Part shown: piece after piece, positions 1-11,859 of the stretch | Layout of the letters: the number at the start of each line of letters is the position of its first letter | Position numbering within the stretch: the stretch's first letter is position 1 | Assembly: GCF_000757865.1 (NCBI RefSeq) | Contig: NZ_CP007754.1 | Location: 900,001 to 932,000, forward strand | DNA: 32,000 nucleotides | DNA from: Prochlorococcus sp. MIT 0801 | Lineage (GTDB): Bacteria > Cyanobacteriota > Cyanobacteriia > PCC-6307 > Cyanobiaceae | Reading direction: 5' to 3' | Notes under the pieces: generated by a model | The model's input: only the letters and a program-made list of their open reading frames with translations | Databases searched by the model: none | What the model was told of the DNA's origin: nothing | Program-made: the position numbers and the translations under genes

Positions 1-13
1 TGACATCTTCCAG

Positions 14-1588
14 ATGAATAACAAAGATAAATGGAGAAGGTACTGCGACCTTTTGTATAGCAATGATTCATTAGGTTTTTGGCTTGATATAAGCAGAATG
101 GATGTAGAGACAACCGATTTTGAAGATTTTAATGAAATGTATTCCAAAGCTTTTGATGCGCTAGAAAGTCTCGAGAATGGTTCTATTGCCAATATTGATG
201 AAAGTAGGCAAGTAGGTCATTACTGGCTTAGGAATCCAAAAGTTGCTCCAAGCCCTGATATTTCAGATTCTATTACTAAGGAAATTCAAGACATATCCAA
301 GTTTGGGGCTTCAATATTAAATGGTGAAATAACAAACAGCGACGGAAAAAAATATACAGATGTTTTTTGGATTGGAATCGGTGGTAGTGGTTTGGGTCCT
401 CTACTCATTAAGGAGTCCTTCAAGAGAGAAACAATCGGATTGGATCTACATTTTCTAGACAATGTAGATCCTGAGGGGATTTCCCATAAATTAAATTCTA
501 TCCTTCCCAATCTTGATTCAACTTTGTTTGTAGTTGTTAGTAAATCTGGTGGCACTCCAGAACCATTAATTGGAATGGAGCAAGCTATGAAGTTTGTTCG
601 CGATAACAACCAAAATTGGTCATCTAGGGCGATAGCTATTACATCAAAAGGTAGCAAGCTAGATGTTTTAGCCGATAATGAGAATTGGTTAGATATTTTT
701 GATTTACCCGATTGGGTTGGTGGCAGGACAAGTATTACTGGCGCTGTTGGATTATTACCTGCTGCCCTAATTGGCGCTGATATAGACAAATTCTTAAATG
801 GAGCATCTCAGATGGATGCACTTACAAGAGTAAAAGACATTAAAAATAATCCAGCAGCACTTTTGTCTTTAGCTTGGTTCAAATCGGGAAATGGAAAAGG
901 GTTAAGAGATATGGTTGTACTTCCCTATAGAGACAGATTAGAAGTTTTCAGTAGATATCTTCAACAACTTGTCATGGAATCTTTAGGTAAAAAGTATGAC
1001 AGAGATGAAATTCAAGTTAATCAAGGTATCGCAGTTTATGGAAACAAAGGTTCTACAGATCAGCATGCATATGTGCAGCAATTAAGAGATGGTATTGATA
1101 ATTTTTTTGTTAATTTCATAGAAATTCTTCATGACCCCTTAGAGATAGTTGAAGTAAAAAATAAAAGACCAGGTGACTATTTGTCTGGATTTCTTCAAGG
1201 AACTCGGTCAGCATTAACTGAAGGAGGTAGGCAGAATTTGACTATCACTTTCAAGTCATTTGATGAATCAAGTCTTGGTGCTTTAATCGCATTATTTGAG
1301 CGAGCTGTAAGTCTCTATGCAGAATTGATTAATGTTAATGCCTACAATCAACCGGGAGTTGAAGCAGGTAAAAAAGCCGCTACAAAGATAATCAAACTTC
1401 AAAAAGAGATTGAGGAATTATTAGCTGATGGGAAGCAAAGAACATTAAATGAAATCAATGATGAGTTGTCTTCTGAATCAACAGAGTCAATTTATTTAAT
1501 TCTTAGAAAACTTTCAGAAAATTCCGAACATTATTCAATGATTGGTAATCAATCAAATCCTGATAAGCTTATTATTTTGAAAACTTGA
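14..1588 (+). CDS. pgi: glucose-6-phosphate isomerase
   Basis: 524-aa ORF with PGI signatures [12 protein letters not shown] and [13 protein letters not shown] start at 14. Confidence 0.95.
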   Translation: MNNKDKWRRYCDLLYSNDSLGFWLDISRMDVETTDFEDFNEMYSKAFDALESLENGSIANIDESRQVGHYWLRNPKVAPSPDISDSITKEIQDISKFGASILNGEITNSDGKKYTDVFWIGIGGSGLGPLLIKESFKRETIGLDLHFLDNVDPEGISHKLNSILPNLDSTLFVVVSKSGGTPEPLIGMEQAMKFVRDNNQNWSSRAIAITSKGSKLDVLADNENWLDIFDLPDWVGGRTSITGAVGLLPAALIGADIDKFLNGASQMDALTRVKDIKNNPAALLSLAWFKSGNGKGLRDMVVLPYRDRLEVFSRYLQQLVMESLGKKYDRDEIQVNQGIAVYGNKGSTDQHAYVQQLRDGIDNFFVNFIEILHDPLEIVEVKNKRPGDYLSGFLQGTRSALTEGGRQNLTITFKSFDESSLGALIALFERAVSLYAELINVNAYNQPGVEAGKKAATKIIKLQKEIEELLADGKQRTLNEINDELSSESTESIYLILRKLSENSEHYSMIGNQSNPDKLIILKT

Positions 1589-1591
1589 TTG

Positions 1592-4180
1592 CTAAATAAC
1601 TATATTCACTAATTTATTCGGGACAACAATTATTCGTTTTGGTTCTTTTCCATCCATCCATTTAATAGCAGCCTCAGTTTTAATAGCTAAGTCCTCTAAA
1701 TCTTCTTTAGATAGATTTTTACTAGCATTAATTGATCCTCTGACTTTTCCATTGATTTGAATCATAAGTTTAAAAGTATCTTGTTCAATTGCACCTGCAT
1801 CAAATTTTGGCCATGACTGAAGATGAATACTTTGATTATTTCCGATTGTCTTCCAAAGTTCCTCTGCAATATGAGGAGAAAATGGAGAAGTTATTTTAAC
1901 TAATATTGAAATAACTTTATTTAGAGTTTGATTGCTACAGTAATTAACTATTGAACTTAGGCCATTTACAACCTTCATAAGTTCAGATATTGCTGTATTA
2001 AATTGTAGATTATCCAAATCATCAGTAATTTCCTTAATAGCAATATTAATTAGGCGTAAAGCCTCTTTATCTTTTGACTTTTCATTTTCTATATTTAATC
2101 TTGAATTATTCTTTGTTATTTCTAAAGTATTAATAACAAATTTCCAGAGTCTCTGTATAAATCGGTATTGCCCTTCAACATCGGAGTCATCCCACTCTAA
2201 ATCTTTTTCTGGTGGCGCTTTAAAAAGAATGAACATTCTTGCTGTGTCAGCACCATATTTATCTATCACTACAGATGGATCTACACCATTATATTTTGAC
2301 TTCGACATCTTTTCAAAGATGATTTCAATACTCTCTCCTGTAAGTGGATCTTTAGGGTTTTCAATATCTTCAATCTGATCCTTTGAAAAATATTTATTTG
2401 TATTGGGATTTTTAAAAGTAATGGCTTGAACCATCCCTTGAGTTAGTAGTTTCTTAAAAGGTTCATCGATATTTATTAATCCACACCTTTTGAGAGCCTT
2501 GGTTAAAAATCTAGAATATAGTAAATGTAAGATTGCGTGCTCGATACCACCAACATACTGCTTAACTGGAAGCCATTTATCTATTTCGCTGTTCAGAAAA
2601 GGATTTTCACAATTATCAGGGTTTATATATCTTAAAAAGTACCAAGATGAACACATAAAAGTGTCCATTGTATCAGTTTCTCTTTTTGCATCAATTCCAC
2701 ATTTAGGGCAACAAGTATTTATCCATTCGGTTTTTGTTGTTAAAGGACTCTTACCTTTACCAGTTAATTTAATATCAATTGGTAGTACAACTGGAAGATC
2801 CTTGTCCGGGACTCTTACTTGGCCACACTTCTTACAATTAATAATCGGAATTGGGCAGCCCCAATATCGTTGTCTAGATATAAGCCAATCTCTTAACTTG
2901 TATGTTATCTTTGATTTTGCCCAATTTGAATTTGAACCAAATTCAAGTATTTCTAATTTTGCAATATCAGAATCAATACCATTAAATTTATCTGAATTGA
3001 TCATGATACCCTTATCAACATATTCAGCCTTTAAATAATTATCATCTTCATCAATATTGGGTTTTATTACATATTGAATTGGTAAATTATATGATTTTGC
3101 AAACTGATAATCTCTACTATCGTGAGCAGGGACACCCATCACAGCACCAGTTCCATATTCCATAATCACATAGTCTCCTATCCAAATCGGTATCTCTTTA
3201 TTATTTGCTGGATTAATTGCATTTACTCCTAAATACATTCCTAGTTTTTGTCTAGTATCTGAATTACGTTCAAGATCACTTAACTTTTCTTGAGTTTGTC
3301 TAAACTCATTTAATTTATCAATATCATTAGAACTTATTAATTGATCAATTAATGGATGATTTGATGCTAATACCAGATAACTTACACCATAGACTGTATC
3401 TATTCTTGTGGTGAAAGCTGTTATTTTTTGGTCGCTATCTTTGATATCAAATGTTATTTCTGCACCGATGGATTTACCAATCCAATTTTTTTGCATAACC
3501 CTTACTCTATCTGGCCAGTCATTAAGGGTAACTAAATCCTTATTAAGATCTTCGGCAAAACTAGTAATTCGTAAAAACCACTGATTTAATTCTTTTTTTT
3601 CAACTTTAGCTCCAGATCTCCATGATTTACCTTCAGCATCTACTTGCTCATTCGCAAGAACAGTTTGATCAATTGGATCCCAATTAACTGTTGCTTTTTT
3701 TTGATAGGCAAGATTATTTTTATGTAATTGATTAAATATATATTGAGTCCATTTATAATATTCTGCTTTGCAAGTGGTAACTTCTTTAGACCAATCTATT
3801 GATAATCCAAGGCGAGCTAATTGATCTTTCATTTGTGAAATATTTTTATCTGTCCATGTCGATGGACTTGTTTCTCTCTCTATTGCTGCATTTTCAGCAG
3901 GTAAACCGAAGGCATCCCAACCCATTGGATGTAAGACGTTAAAACCTTTCATCCTTTTATATCTAGCCAGTACATCTGTAATGACATAATTCCTGACGTG
4001 ACCCATATGTAAAGAACCTGATGGGTATGGAAACATCGACAAGGCATAGAAAGTATTTTCTTTATTTACCTCAGTATTTGTCCTATAGAGGTCATCATTA
4101 GCCCACTCTTTTTGCCAATAAGCTTCTACTTCCCGAGGCTCGTATCGCTGGTCATTAATATCTGAAGTAGTATTATTCAA
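1592..4180 (-). CDS. leuS: leucyl-tRNA synthetase
   Basis: 862-aa ORF with class I aaRS motifs LHMGHVRNY (HIGH type) and FEKMSKSK (KMSKS). Starts at TTG (reverse complement of 4178-4180), 7 nt downstream of a GAAGGAG Shine-Dalgarno. Confidence 0.97.
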   Translation of the reverse strand: MNNTTSDINDQRYEPREVEAYWQKEWANDDLYRTNTEVNKENTFYALSMFPYPSGSLHMGHVRNYVITDVLARYKRMKGFNVLHPMGWDAFGLPAENAAIERETSPSTWTDKNISQMKDQLARLGLSIDWSKEVTTCKAEYYKWTQYIFNQLHKNNLAYQKKATVNWDPIDQTVLANEQVDAEGKSWRSGAKVEKKELNQWFLRITSFAEDLNKDLVTLNDWPDRVRVMQKNWIGKSIGAEITFDIKDSDQKITAFTTRIDTVYGVSYLVLASNHPLIDQLISSNDIDKLNEFRQTQEKLSDLERNSDTRQKLGMYLGVNAINPANNKEIPIWIGDYVIMEYGTGAVMGVPAHDSRDYQFAKSYNLPIQYVIKPNIDEDDNYLKAEYVDKGIMINSDKFNGIDSDIAKLEILEFGSNSNWAKSKITYKLRDWLISRQRYWGCPIPIINCKKCGQVRVPDKDLPVVLPIDIKLTGKGKSPLTTKTEWINTCCPKCGIDAKRETDTMDTFMCSSWYFLRYINPDNCENPFLNSEIDKWLPVKQYVGGIEHAILHLLYSRFLTKALKRCGLINIDEPFKKLLTQGMVQAITFKNPNTNKYFSKDQIEDIENPKDPLTGESIEIIFEKMSKSKYNGVDPSVVIDKYGADTARMFILFKAPPEKDLEWDDSDVEGQYRFIQRLWKFVINTLEITKNNSRLNIENEKSKDKEALRLINIAIKEITDDLDNLQFNTAISELMKVVNGLSSIVNYCSNQTLNKVISILVKITSPFSPHIAEELWKTIGNNQSIHLQSWPKFDAGAIEQDTFKLMIQINGKVRGSINASKNLSKEDLEDLAIKTEAAIKWMDGKEPKRIIVVPNKLVNIVI

Positions 4181-4315
4181 GGAAGATCTCCTTCAGTAGT
4201 TGATTTGCCAATCAAATAATGTTCTCATAAATTGATGCGCAATATGCCAATAGTTCTGAAATTACTACCAAGAGCCCTTTATTTCCTACAAACATAGTTA
4301 AACAAACTGAAAATC

Positions 4316-5170
4316 ATGAAAAATAATTTTTCAAAGTATCAAGGACTTGGTAATGATTTCATTATCTTTGATGCTCGTGGTAATAATTTAGATCATTTAT
4401 TTTCAAAAAATAAAGATAATTTTATTGAGCACCTATGTAATAGAAATTTTGGCATCGGAGCTGATGGGATTATTCTTATATTAGAGTCTAATAATAAATG
4501 TTTTGTGAGAATGAAGATTTATAATTCTGATGGTTCCGAACCTGAAATGTGTGGCAACGGTATTAGATGCCTGATTGCTTTTTTGAACGATAATAATGAA
4601 ATTAATGAATCTTCTGAGATTCCCATTGAAACCAAAGCGGGTCTTATTCTTACCTCTATTAATGGCAATAAAAATATAAAAGTAAATATGGGCGAACCTA
4701 TCCTTTCTCCTTTAGATATACCCACAAAATTGTTGATGAATAATTTAAATGTTCCGAATGGAGTGATTACAATAAATGATCAAATATTAAATGTTTATGC
4801 TGCTAGTATGGGGAATCCTCATATGATCGTATTTGTTAATGATATTGAAGGGATACCATTTAAAGAATGGGGTAGTTTCCTTGAAAAACATAATGCATTT
4901 CCAAATGATACTAATGTTCACTTTGTTGAAATAATCGATAAGTCAAATATTAAAGTAAAGGTATGGGAAAGGGGTTGCGGCCCAACATTAGCTTGTGGTA
5001 CTGGAGCATGCGCTTGTCTGGTAGTTACCTCTAAGTTAGGGAAAACTTTAAACAACGCTAATGTCTATTTACCAGGCGGCAAATTAGAAGTTGAATGGCC
5101 TAATCAGTCAGGTCCCGTTTTCATGCAAGGACCAGCTTTAAAAGTATTTAGTGGAGAGATAGATATTTAA
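4316..5170 (+). CDS. dapF: diaminopimelate epimerase
   Basis: 284-aa ORF with the two catalytic-Cys motifs MCGNGIRC and ACGTGACA and the N-terminal YQGLGNDF. Confidence 0.93.
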   Translation: MKNNFSKYQGLGNDFIIFDARGNNLDHLFSKNKDNFIEHLCNRNFGIGADGIILILESNNKCFVRMKIYNSDGSEPEMCGNGIRCLIAFLNDNNEINESSEIPIETKAGLILTSINGNKNIKVNMGEPILSPLDIPTKLLMNNLNVPNGVITINDQILNVYAASMGNPHMIVFVNDIEGIPFKEWGSFLEKHNAFPNDTNVHFVEIIDKSNIKVKVWERGCGPTLACGTGACACLVVTSKLGKTLNNANVYLPGGKLEVEWPNQSGPVFMQGPALKVFSGEIDI

Positions 5171-5181
5171 TAAGTCCTCAT

Positions 5182-6363
5182 ATGAAAGATATTTATCTCG
5201 ATGCATCAGCGACTACTCCTCCTCATTTAGATGTTATTACTAAATTAAAGGATATTCAACTTGAATGCTGGGGTAATCCATCAAGTATTCATAAAGTTGG
5301 GGTTATCGCAAGAGAGATTTTAGAAAGATCAAGATTATCAATAGCAAATAAATTAAAAGCGTCTTCGGACGAATTATTTTTTACATCTGGAGCAACTGAA
5401 TCAAATTATCTAGCTCTAAAAGCTGTATCTAATAATATTGATAAAGGAAGAATTGTCATTTCTAGCGTTGAACACCCCTCAATTAACCTAATAGCTAATC
5501 AATTGCGTAATGAAGGCTGGGATATTAAATACTGGCCTGTGGATCGTTATGGAATTATTGATCTAGATTTACTAGAGGAGGTGTTATCTCCTCCGACAAA
5601 ATTGGTTTCAATAATCTGGGGACAAAGTGAGATTGGCTCCATTCAGCCCATAAATCTCATAGGTATGGAATGTAAGAAACGAAATATTCTTTTCCATACA
5701 GATGCCACACAGGTCCTCCCTTGTGGCCTTATTGATTGGAGTAATTTAAATGTCGATATGCTTAGCGCCTCTGCTCATAAGCTTCAAGGCCCTAAAGGTA
5801 TTGGATTATTGATGTTGCGAAAGGGTATTCAAGATTTATTAATGAAGAATCCTTCATATGGATTTAAAAATGGCTCAATAAGATCTGGTACTGAGTCAGT
5901 TCCTCTTATTGCAGGTTTTTCGACAGCAATTGACTTACTCAATGAATATATAGAGGTTAAAGACAATCAAACTTTATTTCCTGTGAATAATGTTTCAAAA
6001 ATGACATCTCTTTTAAAAAAAAATCTAATTAATAATAAACATCTTACGTTTATCGGACCAGATATAGAAAGACTGCCCAATAATCTTTCATTTCTCTGCC
6101 ATACAGAATCAATGATCCCGATTAAAGGTAGAGAAATTGTTCGATTATTGTCAAAAAATGGAGTTTATATAAGTAGCGGTAGTGCCTGCTCTTCATCTAT
6201 TCAAGGACCAAATCCAATACTGGTAGCAATTAATGTTGACAAAACATTTCAAGAATCTGGATTAAGAATTACTATTGGTCCATGGATTTCAAATGATGAT
6301 ATTACCTCAGTTTCAAATATAATATTCGAATCATTGCAAACTTTAGAACTCAAAAAACAATGA
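5182..6363 (+). CDS. cysteine desulfurase, class V aminotransferase (NifS/IscS-like)
   Basis: 393-aa ORF with PLP-lysine motif SASAHKLQGPKG and active-site Cys loop SSGSACSS. Starts 11 nt after the dapF stop. Confidence 0.85.
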   Translation: MKDIYLDASATTPPHLDVITKLKDIQLECWGNPSSIHKVGVIAREILERSRLSIANKLKASSDELFFTSGATESNYLALKAVSNNIDKGRIVISSVEHPSINLIANQLRNEGWDIKYWPVDRYGIIDLDLLEEVLSPPTKLVSIIWGQSEIGSIQPINLIGMECKKRNILFHTDATQVLPCGLIDWSNLNVDMLSASAHKLQGPKGIGLLMLRKGIQDLLMKNPSYGFKNGSIRSGTESVPLIAGFSTAIDLLNEYIEVKDNQTLFPVNNVSKMTSLLKKNLINNKHLTFIGPDIERLPNNLSFLCHTESMIPIKGREIVRLLSKNGVYISSGSACSSSIQGPNPILVAINVDKTFQESGLRITIGPWISNDDITSVSNIIFESLQTLELKKQ

Positions 6364-6373
6364 TTTTCAAATA

Positions 6374-6994
6374 ATGAATATGTTGCCTTCAGATCTTAAA
6401 GAAGCAGAATCAAATGTATATGAATCTGTTCAAAGTTACTTTTTAAGTAACTCCGAACAATCGTTTCTTTCTATTAATCTAAAATTCGATGGATTAAGAC
6501 TAAATCCTATAATTTTTCGATTATCTAATAAACTTACAGAAATTAAATACGATAATATCTTATTGTGGGCTGATGCTGGTGGAGCAGCTCTCGCGAAAAG
6601 AGATAAACCTGAATTAGCCAGTAAGATCTTTACTTTTAAAGAATTTATTAATTCAACAGATTTGTCAAATTCTATATTATTAGTTTGTTCTCCTCAACCA
6701 TATGATATAGAGATGTTTGAACAGGTATGTTCACATGCTAAATCTAATGTAATTATGATTAATGGTAAGCTGGAAGACCCCATTGTTGGAATTGGAAGCG
6801 TAGGAAGAGAAATGAGAAAAAGATTTGCTAAAAAATGGAAAGTTTTATACTTTGTTCAACCATTATCGATGGGTGCATTATTAAAAAGATATCCCAATGA
6901 TTGGGAACTTTTTAAATTAAATAATAATGGGTATTCTTTTGTTAAATCATTTATTAATAGGCCTGACGATGAAACAATAATTCTTAACTTGTAA
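6374..6994 (+). CDS. conserved hypothetical protein, DUF1995-like (cyanobacteria/plastid lineage)
   Basis: 206-aa ORF, 10 nt after the previous stop. Family assignment is from memory of similar picocyanobacterial proteins; no catalytic motif recognised. Confidence 0.55.
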   Translation: MNMLPSDLKEAESNVYESVQSYFLSNSEQSFLSINLKFDGLRLNPIIFRLSNKLTEIKYDNILLWADAGGAALAKRDKPELASKIFTFKEFINSTDLSNSILLVCSPQPYDIEMFEQVCSHAKSNVIMINGKLEDPIVGIGSVGREMRKRFAKKWKVLYFVQPLSMGALLKRYPNDWELFKLNNNGYSFVKSFINRPDDETIILNL

Positions 6995-6998
6995 ATTA

Positions 6999-8234
6999 AT
7001 GAAAAAAAAACTTTCTTTATATATTGGATTAATAATTATATCGATAAATACAGCTAATGGTAATTTGTTTTCGATATATTCATACGTCCGTCAAAGAATT
7101 AATATTAATTCTATAACTCCTGAAGAGACAAATATATGTTATGCATTACAAAAAAAGATAGAGGATTATATTGATAACTTTAATAGTAAAATAAGTGTTA
7201 ATATATTAAATAAAAATGGTGAGTTTATTGTAGATATAAATGGAAAAATTCCTAGAATTCCTGCATCGAATCAAAAGATTTTGTCGAGTGCTTTTTCTTT
7301 AGATAATTTAGGACCAAACTATATTCTCAAAACATCTCTAAATGAGATGAGTAATGGAGGCTTATACCTTGATGCCTCTGGTGATCCTGACTTTGATAAA
7401 AGACATTTAGATGAGTTACTAAGAGGACTAAATAGTAAGGAGTTTAATACGGGTATTAAATTACCAATTTTAATCACTAGTAGTAAAAAAAATACTTGGT
7501 GGCCTCCTAGCTGGTCCTATTCTGATAGGAAAGAGGAGTATGGAGCACCAATTACTAAGTACTCGATAGCTAGTAATGCAAGTACTAATGCTTTAAATAA
7601 TCCAATAGATAATTTTATTAATGAGTTAAAGACTTCTTTAGTAAGAAATAACTTATCAAGTAAATATTTTATTAAACCTGTTTATAATGATTTTTCTATT
7701 GATTTTGTTTCTACTATCAAAAGTGTTAATTCTGCGCCCTTATATATTTTACTTAATCTAGTTAATTCAGAAAGCCATAATTATACAGCTGAGGTTGTTT
7801 TTAGACATTCATTAAATAACTGGTCTCATGATTTTCCTAATGTTAAATACACTAAGTGGTTAAATGATCAAAACTTTGATTCAGATGATTTTATCTTTGC
7901 TGATGCTAGTGGTTTATCAAGAGATAATAGAGTTACCACATATGGTTTATCTCAATTTTTGAGAAGAATGCAATTAAGTAGATATTCCGATTATTATTTC
8001 TCATCTTTTTCTATTTTAGGGGTTAGAGGATCATTGGAAAATGTAAAAGCCCCAATAAATCTCAAAGGCAGAATTTTGGCTAAATCAGGAAGACTTAGTA
8101 ACGTTAGATCTATTTCTGGTATTATATTAGGTAAAGATAAAATATTTAGTATTATTGTTAATAATAAGGAAAATTCGACGAAGAATATTATTAATATTTT
8201 ATCAATAGTAGATAATACTAATTATTGTACTTAA
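6999..8234 (+). CDS. dacB: D-alanyl-D-alanine carboxypeptidase / PBP4 family (peptidase S13)
   Basis: 411-aa ORF with an N-terminal signal-like hydrophobic segment, an SxxK motif (PASNQK), an SxN-like motif (SESHN) and a KTG-type motif (AKSG). Confidence 0.8.
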   Translation: MKKKLSLYIGLIIISINTANGNLFSIYSYVRQRININSITPEETNICYALQKKIEDYIDNFNSKISVNILNKNGEFIVDINGKIPRIPASNQKILSSAFSLDNLGPNYILKTSLNEMSNGGLYLDASGDPDFDKRHLDELLRGLNSKEFNTGIKLPILITSSKKNTWWPPSWSYSDRKEEYGAPITKYSIASNASTNALNNPIDNFINELKTSLVRNNLSSKYFIKPVYNDFSIDFVSTIKSVNSAPLYILLNLVNSESHNYTAEVVFRHSLNNWSHDFPNVKYTKWLNDQNFDSDDFIFADASGLSRDNRVTTYGLSQFLRRMQLSRYSDYYFSSFSILGVRGSLENVKAPINLKGRILAKSGRLSNVRSISGIILGKDKIFSIIVNNKENSTKNIINILSIVDNTNYCT

Positions 8235-8707
8235 TTAGTATTTAGTTTCATAAGATCCTTAGCAATAAATTCAGGAACCATATGGCGAATCTCACCGCCA
8301 AATCTTGCGACTTCTTTGACTACTGAACTACTTAAAAAGCTATGGTGCGTTTCTGTCGCGAGAAAAATTGTTTCGTACTGATTATTTAAAGATCTGTTTG
8401 TATGAGCAACTTGTAGTTCATATTCAAAATCACTCATAGCTCTTAAGCCTCTTAAAATAAGATCAGCATTGTTTTCACGAGCACAATCTACAGTTAATCC
8501 TTTAAAAGCTATTGTTCTGCAACCTGGGATATCTTTAGTAGCATTTTCAATCTGCTCGATTCTTCTCTCGCAGGAGAAAGTTGCCTTTTTTGAGGGGTTT
8601 TCTAATACTGCAATGAGAACCTCCCCAAATAAATCACTTCCTCTTTGAATTAGATCAAGGTGCCCAAACGTTAATGGGTCGAAACTACCCGGATAAAGCG
8701 CCTTCAT
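8231..8707 (-). CDS. coaD: phosphopantetheine adenylyltransferase
   Basis: 158-aa ORF with the nucleotidyltransferase motif [14 protein letters not shown]; length typical of CoaD. Confidence 0.95.
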   Translation of the reverse strand: MKALYPGSFDPLTFGHLDLIQRGSDLFGEVLIAVLENPSKKATFSCERRIEQIENATKDIPGCRTIAFKGLTVDCARENNADLILRGLRAMSDFEYELQVAHTNRSLNNQYETIFLATETHHSFLSSSVVKEVARFGGEIRHMVPEFIAKDLMKLNTN

Positions 8708-8774
8708 TGTGTTTTAGCTTTAAAAATGTCCAGTTCTTTCATAGAATCACATATCTACAAAAGTATCAAAGCGC

Positions 8775-9257
8775 ATGACTCTCAATCAGGATGCAAAAAA
8801 AGTTCTTTTGCGCAAAATCCCTCATGGATTATTTATATGTGCAGTAAGAGAGGGTGATGAAATAAATGGTTTTACAGCTAGTTGGGTAACACAAGGTTCA
8901 TTTACACCTCCATTAGTTGTAATGGCAGTTCGTGCCGATGGATCGAGTCATGGAATTATTCAAAGAACAAAGATGTTTTCTTTAAATGTTTTGAGAGAAG
9001 ATCAAAAGGACCTAGCAGCTGTGTTTTTTAAGCCTCAAAAAGGTTTGGGAGGAAGATTTGAAGCTTGTAAATTCACTTATGGAGAACTAGGCATGCCGTT
9101 AATCGAAGATGTCATAGGTGGCGTTGAATGTGAAGTCATTTCAGGAGTCGAGCATGGAGATCACACAGTTTTCGTCGCTGAAGTAAAAAGTGCAGTATTG
9201 AATAAAGATGGATCTGCCTTAAATTTAGCGAGCACAGGTTGGAATTATGGTGGTTAA
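8775..9257 (+). CDS. flavin reductase-like domain protein
   Basis: 160-aa ORF. The FTASWVTQGSFTPPLVVMAV pattern is typical of the FMN-binding split-barrel flavin reductase family. Confidence 0.75.
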   Translation: MTLNQDAKKVLLRKIPHGLFICAVREGDEINGFTASWVTQGSFTPPLVVMAVRADGSSHGIIQRTKMFSLNVLREDQKDLAAVFFKPQKGLGGRFEACKFTYGELGMPLIEDVIGGVECEVISGVEHGDHTVFVAEVKSAVLNKDGSALNLASTGWNYGG

Positions 9258-9275
9258 TTTATCGAGACAAGTTCG

Positions 9276-11198
9276 GTGGAACTAACACCGTTAATAAGGG
9301 ACAAGTCAAGATTATCGGATTTTTTGAAGGATATACCTAATGATCCTGGATGTTATTTGATGAAAGATGGTGAGGATAGATTGCTTTATGTTGGTAAATC
9401 TAAAAAGTTAAGGAATAGAGTTAGAAGTTATTTTCGTTCAGGTAATGAATTAAGTCCTAGAATATCTTTAATGGTGAGACAAGTTGCAGATATTGAATTG
9501 ATAGTTACTGATAATGAAAGTGAAGCATTAACATTAGAATCAAATTTAATTAAATCTCATCAACCATATTTCAATGTCTTACTAAAAGATGATAAAAAGT
9601 ATCCCTATGTTTGTATTACTTGGGGTGATAAATATCCAAGAATTTTTTTAACAAGAAAGAGACGTCAACGACAATTAAAAGATAAATATTATGGTCCTTA
9701 TGTAGATGTTTATTTACTTAGACAGACTCTGTTTACTATAAAAAAATTGTTTCCACTCAGGCAAAGAAGAATTCCACTTTATAAGGATAGAACATGCCTT
9801 AATTATTCAATCGGAAGATGCCCTGGTGTTTGCCAGGAAGAAATAAGTTCAGAAGATTACAAAAACACTTTAAAACGAGTTGAAATGATATTTCAAGGAA
9901 GAACGGATGAATTAAGAATATTATTAGAAAAACAAATGATTTCTTTTTCAGAGTCATTGAAATTTGAAGAGGCTGGATCAGTTAGAGATCAGCTTAAGGG
10001 TATAGATAGATTGTATGAATCTCAAAAGATGATCATTCCTGATTCATCTGTTTGTAGGGATATAATTGCAATGGCATCAGAAGAAAATATAAGCTCTGTA
10101 CAAATTTTTCAAATGCGATCAGGTAAATTAATTGGTCGTTTAGGATATTTCTCAGATAATAGTAATTTTAATTCATCTCAAATACTTCAACAAGTAATAG
10201 AAAATCATTATTCAAATGTAGATCCTGTTGAAATCCCATCAGAAATATTAGTTCAACATCAACTTGTAAATAATATCTTAATATCAGATTGGCTTAGTGA
10301 AATAAAAAAGCAAAAAGTTAATATAAATGTTCCTAAAAGATCTAGAAAAGCAGAGATTATTAAACTCGTAGAAAAAAATGCTAATTTAGAATTACAAAGA
10401 ATTAAACAATCTCATGATAAGAATTTAGTTGAACTTGATGATCTGGCTAATATCCTTGATTTAGAAAATATTCCAAAGAGAATTGAATGTTATGACATAA
10501 GCCATATCCAAGGAAGTGATGCTGTTGCATCACAAGTAGTATTTATTGATGGTATTGCGGCAAGGCAACACTATAGAAGATATAAAATTAAAAGCCCGAA
10601 TATAAAAATTGGACACAGCGACGATTTCGAATCAATGGCTGAAGTGATAACTAGAAGATTTAGAAGATGGGCTCGTTTTAAAGAAGAAGGTGGAAATATT
10701 GATGCCCTACTAAGTAATGAAAGCAGTGTTCTTGACAATCAGAATTTAAATGACTGGCCAGATCTCGTTGTGATAGATGGAGGTAAAGGTCAATTAAGTT
10801 CTGTCGTAGCTGCTCTTGAGGACCTGAAACTTGATCAAAATTTAAATGTCATTTCTTTAGCAAAAAAAAAGGAGGAAGTTTTTATTCCGAAGGTTAAACA
10901 ATCATTAGTTACCGAATCAAATCAACCAGGAATGCTTTTGCTAAGGAGACTGAGAGATGAAGCTCATAGATTTGCAATTACTTTTCATAGGCAAAAAAGG
11001 AGTCAACGGATGAAACGTTCTCAGTTAAATGAAATACCGGGTCTTGGACCTCAAAGAATAAAATTATTGCTTGAGCATTTCAGGTCAATTGAGGCAATAC
11101 AAATGGCTACTTTTTCTGAACTTTCATCAACACCAGGCTTAGGCAGATCAACTGCTGTTGTTATTAGAAACTATTTTCATCCCGATAAAAATAAATAA
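9276..11198 (+). CDS. uvrC: excinuclease ABC subunit C
   Basis: 640-aa ORF with an N-terminal GIY-YIG module (GCYLMKD...LLYVGKSKKLRNRVRSYF), a UVR domain and a C-terminal helix-hairpin-helix (IPGLGPQRIKLLLEHF). GTG start. Confidence 0.96.
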   Translation: MELTPLIRDKSRLSDFLKDIPNDPGCYLMKDGEDRLLYVGKSKKLRNRVRSYFRSGNELSPRISLMVRQVADIELIVTDNESEALTLESNLIKSHQPYFNVLLKDDKKYPYVCITWGDKYPRIFLTRKRRQRQLKDKYYGPYVDVYLLRQTLFTIKKLFPLRQRRIPLYKDRTCLNYSIGRCPGVCQEEISSEDYKNTLKRVEMIFQGRTDELRILLEKQMISFSESLKFEEAGSVRDQLKGIDRLYESQKMIIPDSSVCRDIIAMASEENISSVQIFQMRSGKLIGRLGYFSDNSNFNSSQILQQVIENHYSNVDPVEIPSEILVQHQLVNNILISDWLSEIKKQKVNINVPKRSRKAEIIKLVEKNANLELQRIKQSHDKNLVELDDLANILDLENIPKRIECYDISHIQGSDAVASQVVFIDGIAARQHYRRYKIKSPNIKIGHSDDFESMAEVITRRFRRWARFKEEGGNIDALLSNESSVLDNQNLNDWPDLVVIDGGKGQLSSVVAALEDLKLDQNLNVISLAKKKEEVFIPKVKQSLVTESNQPGMLLLRRLRDEAHRFAITFHRQKRSQRMKRSQLNEIPGLGPQRIKLLLEHFRSIEAIQMATFSELSSTPGLGRSTAVVIRNYFHPDKNK

Positions 11199-11290
11199 TC
11201 TAATTTTAAATTATTAACTATTGAGCGACATCTAATCTTTATTAGAGTAATGTATAGAGTGATATGAACTTACCCAACATTTGATTTAAT

Positions 11291-11854
11291 ATGAATTTTT
11301 CGCCAGAGACATATTTATGGTTTAAATCATTTCATATTATCGGCGTAGTTGTTTGGTTTGCAGGTTTATTTTATTTAGTTAGATTATTTATTTACCATGT
11401 TGAAGTACAAACTCAGAAAGAGGAAATTAGGGACGTTTTTAATAAGCAATATTCTTTAATGGAGAAAAGGTTAGCTAATATAATTACCACTCCAGGAATG
11501 GTATTGGCTGTTATAATGGCAACTGGTCTATTATATATGCAGCCTTCATATCTATCGCAAGCATGGATGCAAGTTAAATTATTATTTGTATTATTTCTAC
11601 TTATATATCATTTTTATTGTTATAGAATTATGAATCAATTAAATAATAATCAGTTCAATTATAGTGGTCAGCAACTCCGAGCATTGAATGAGTTGCCAAC
11701 ACTACTTTTGGTAGTTGTTGTAATGCTTGTTGTATTTAAAAACCAATTCCCAACAAGTGCTGCAAGTTGGTTGATCTTTGGGCTAATACTTTTTATGGCT
11801 GCAAGTATACAATTTTATGCCAAATGGCGCAGGAACAAGAAACAACTTACTTAG
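11291..11854 (+). CDS. hemJ: HemJ-type protoporphyrinogen IX oxidase (UPF0093 membrane protein)
   Basis: 187-aa, 4-5 TM protein. The N-terminus WFKSFHIIGVVVWFAGLFYL, with a conserved His, is characteristic of the slr1790/HemJ family. Confidence 0.8.
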   Translation: MNFSPETYLWFKSFHIIGVVVWFAGLFYLVRLFIYHVEVQTQKEEIRDVFNKQYSLMEKRLANIITTPGMVLAVIMATGLLYMQPSYLSQAWMQVKLLFVLFLLIYHFYCYRIMNQLNNNQFNYSGQQLRALNELPTLLLVVVVMLVVFKNQFPTSAASWLIFGLILFMAASIQFYAKWRRNKKQLT

Positions 11855-11859
11855 TTAAT

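Noticed and set aside
286-789. 167-aa minus-strand ORF inside pgi. Similar tracked ORFs lie at 2490-3038 (+), 4519-4725 (-), 12536-12745 (+), 13307-13516 (+), 14567-14794 (+), 18344-18586 (-), 18860-19096 (-), 22111-22338 (-), 25300-25503 (+), 25966-26334 (+), 26884-27141 (+) and 31144-31335 (-).
   Set aside because: All lie antisense to, or out of frame within, long well-supported genes. Their composition is low-complexity and Ser/Leu/Ile/Pro-rich, typical of shadow frames, and they carry no recognisable motifs.
4200-4215. Inverted repeat TTGATT-tgcc-AATCAA in the leuS/dapF divergent spacer; possible operator or leader hairpin.
   Set aside because: A 6-bp A/T-rich stem is expected by chance at this composition, and nothing else supports a function.
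11767-11859. N-terminal 31-codon extension of the PHP-domain ORF as given in the ORF track.
   Set aside because: It overlaps the last 88 nt of hemJ in another frame. ATG 11860 sits 5 nt after the hemJ stop, and the conserved PHP motifs all lie downstream of it.
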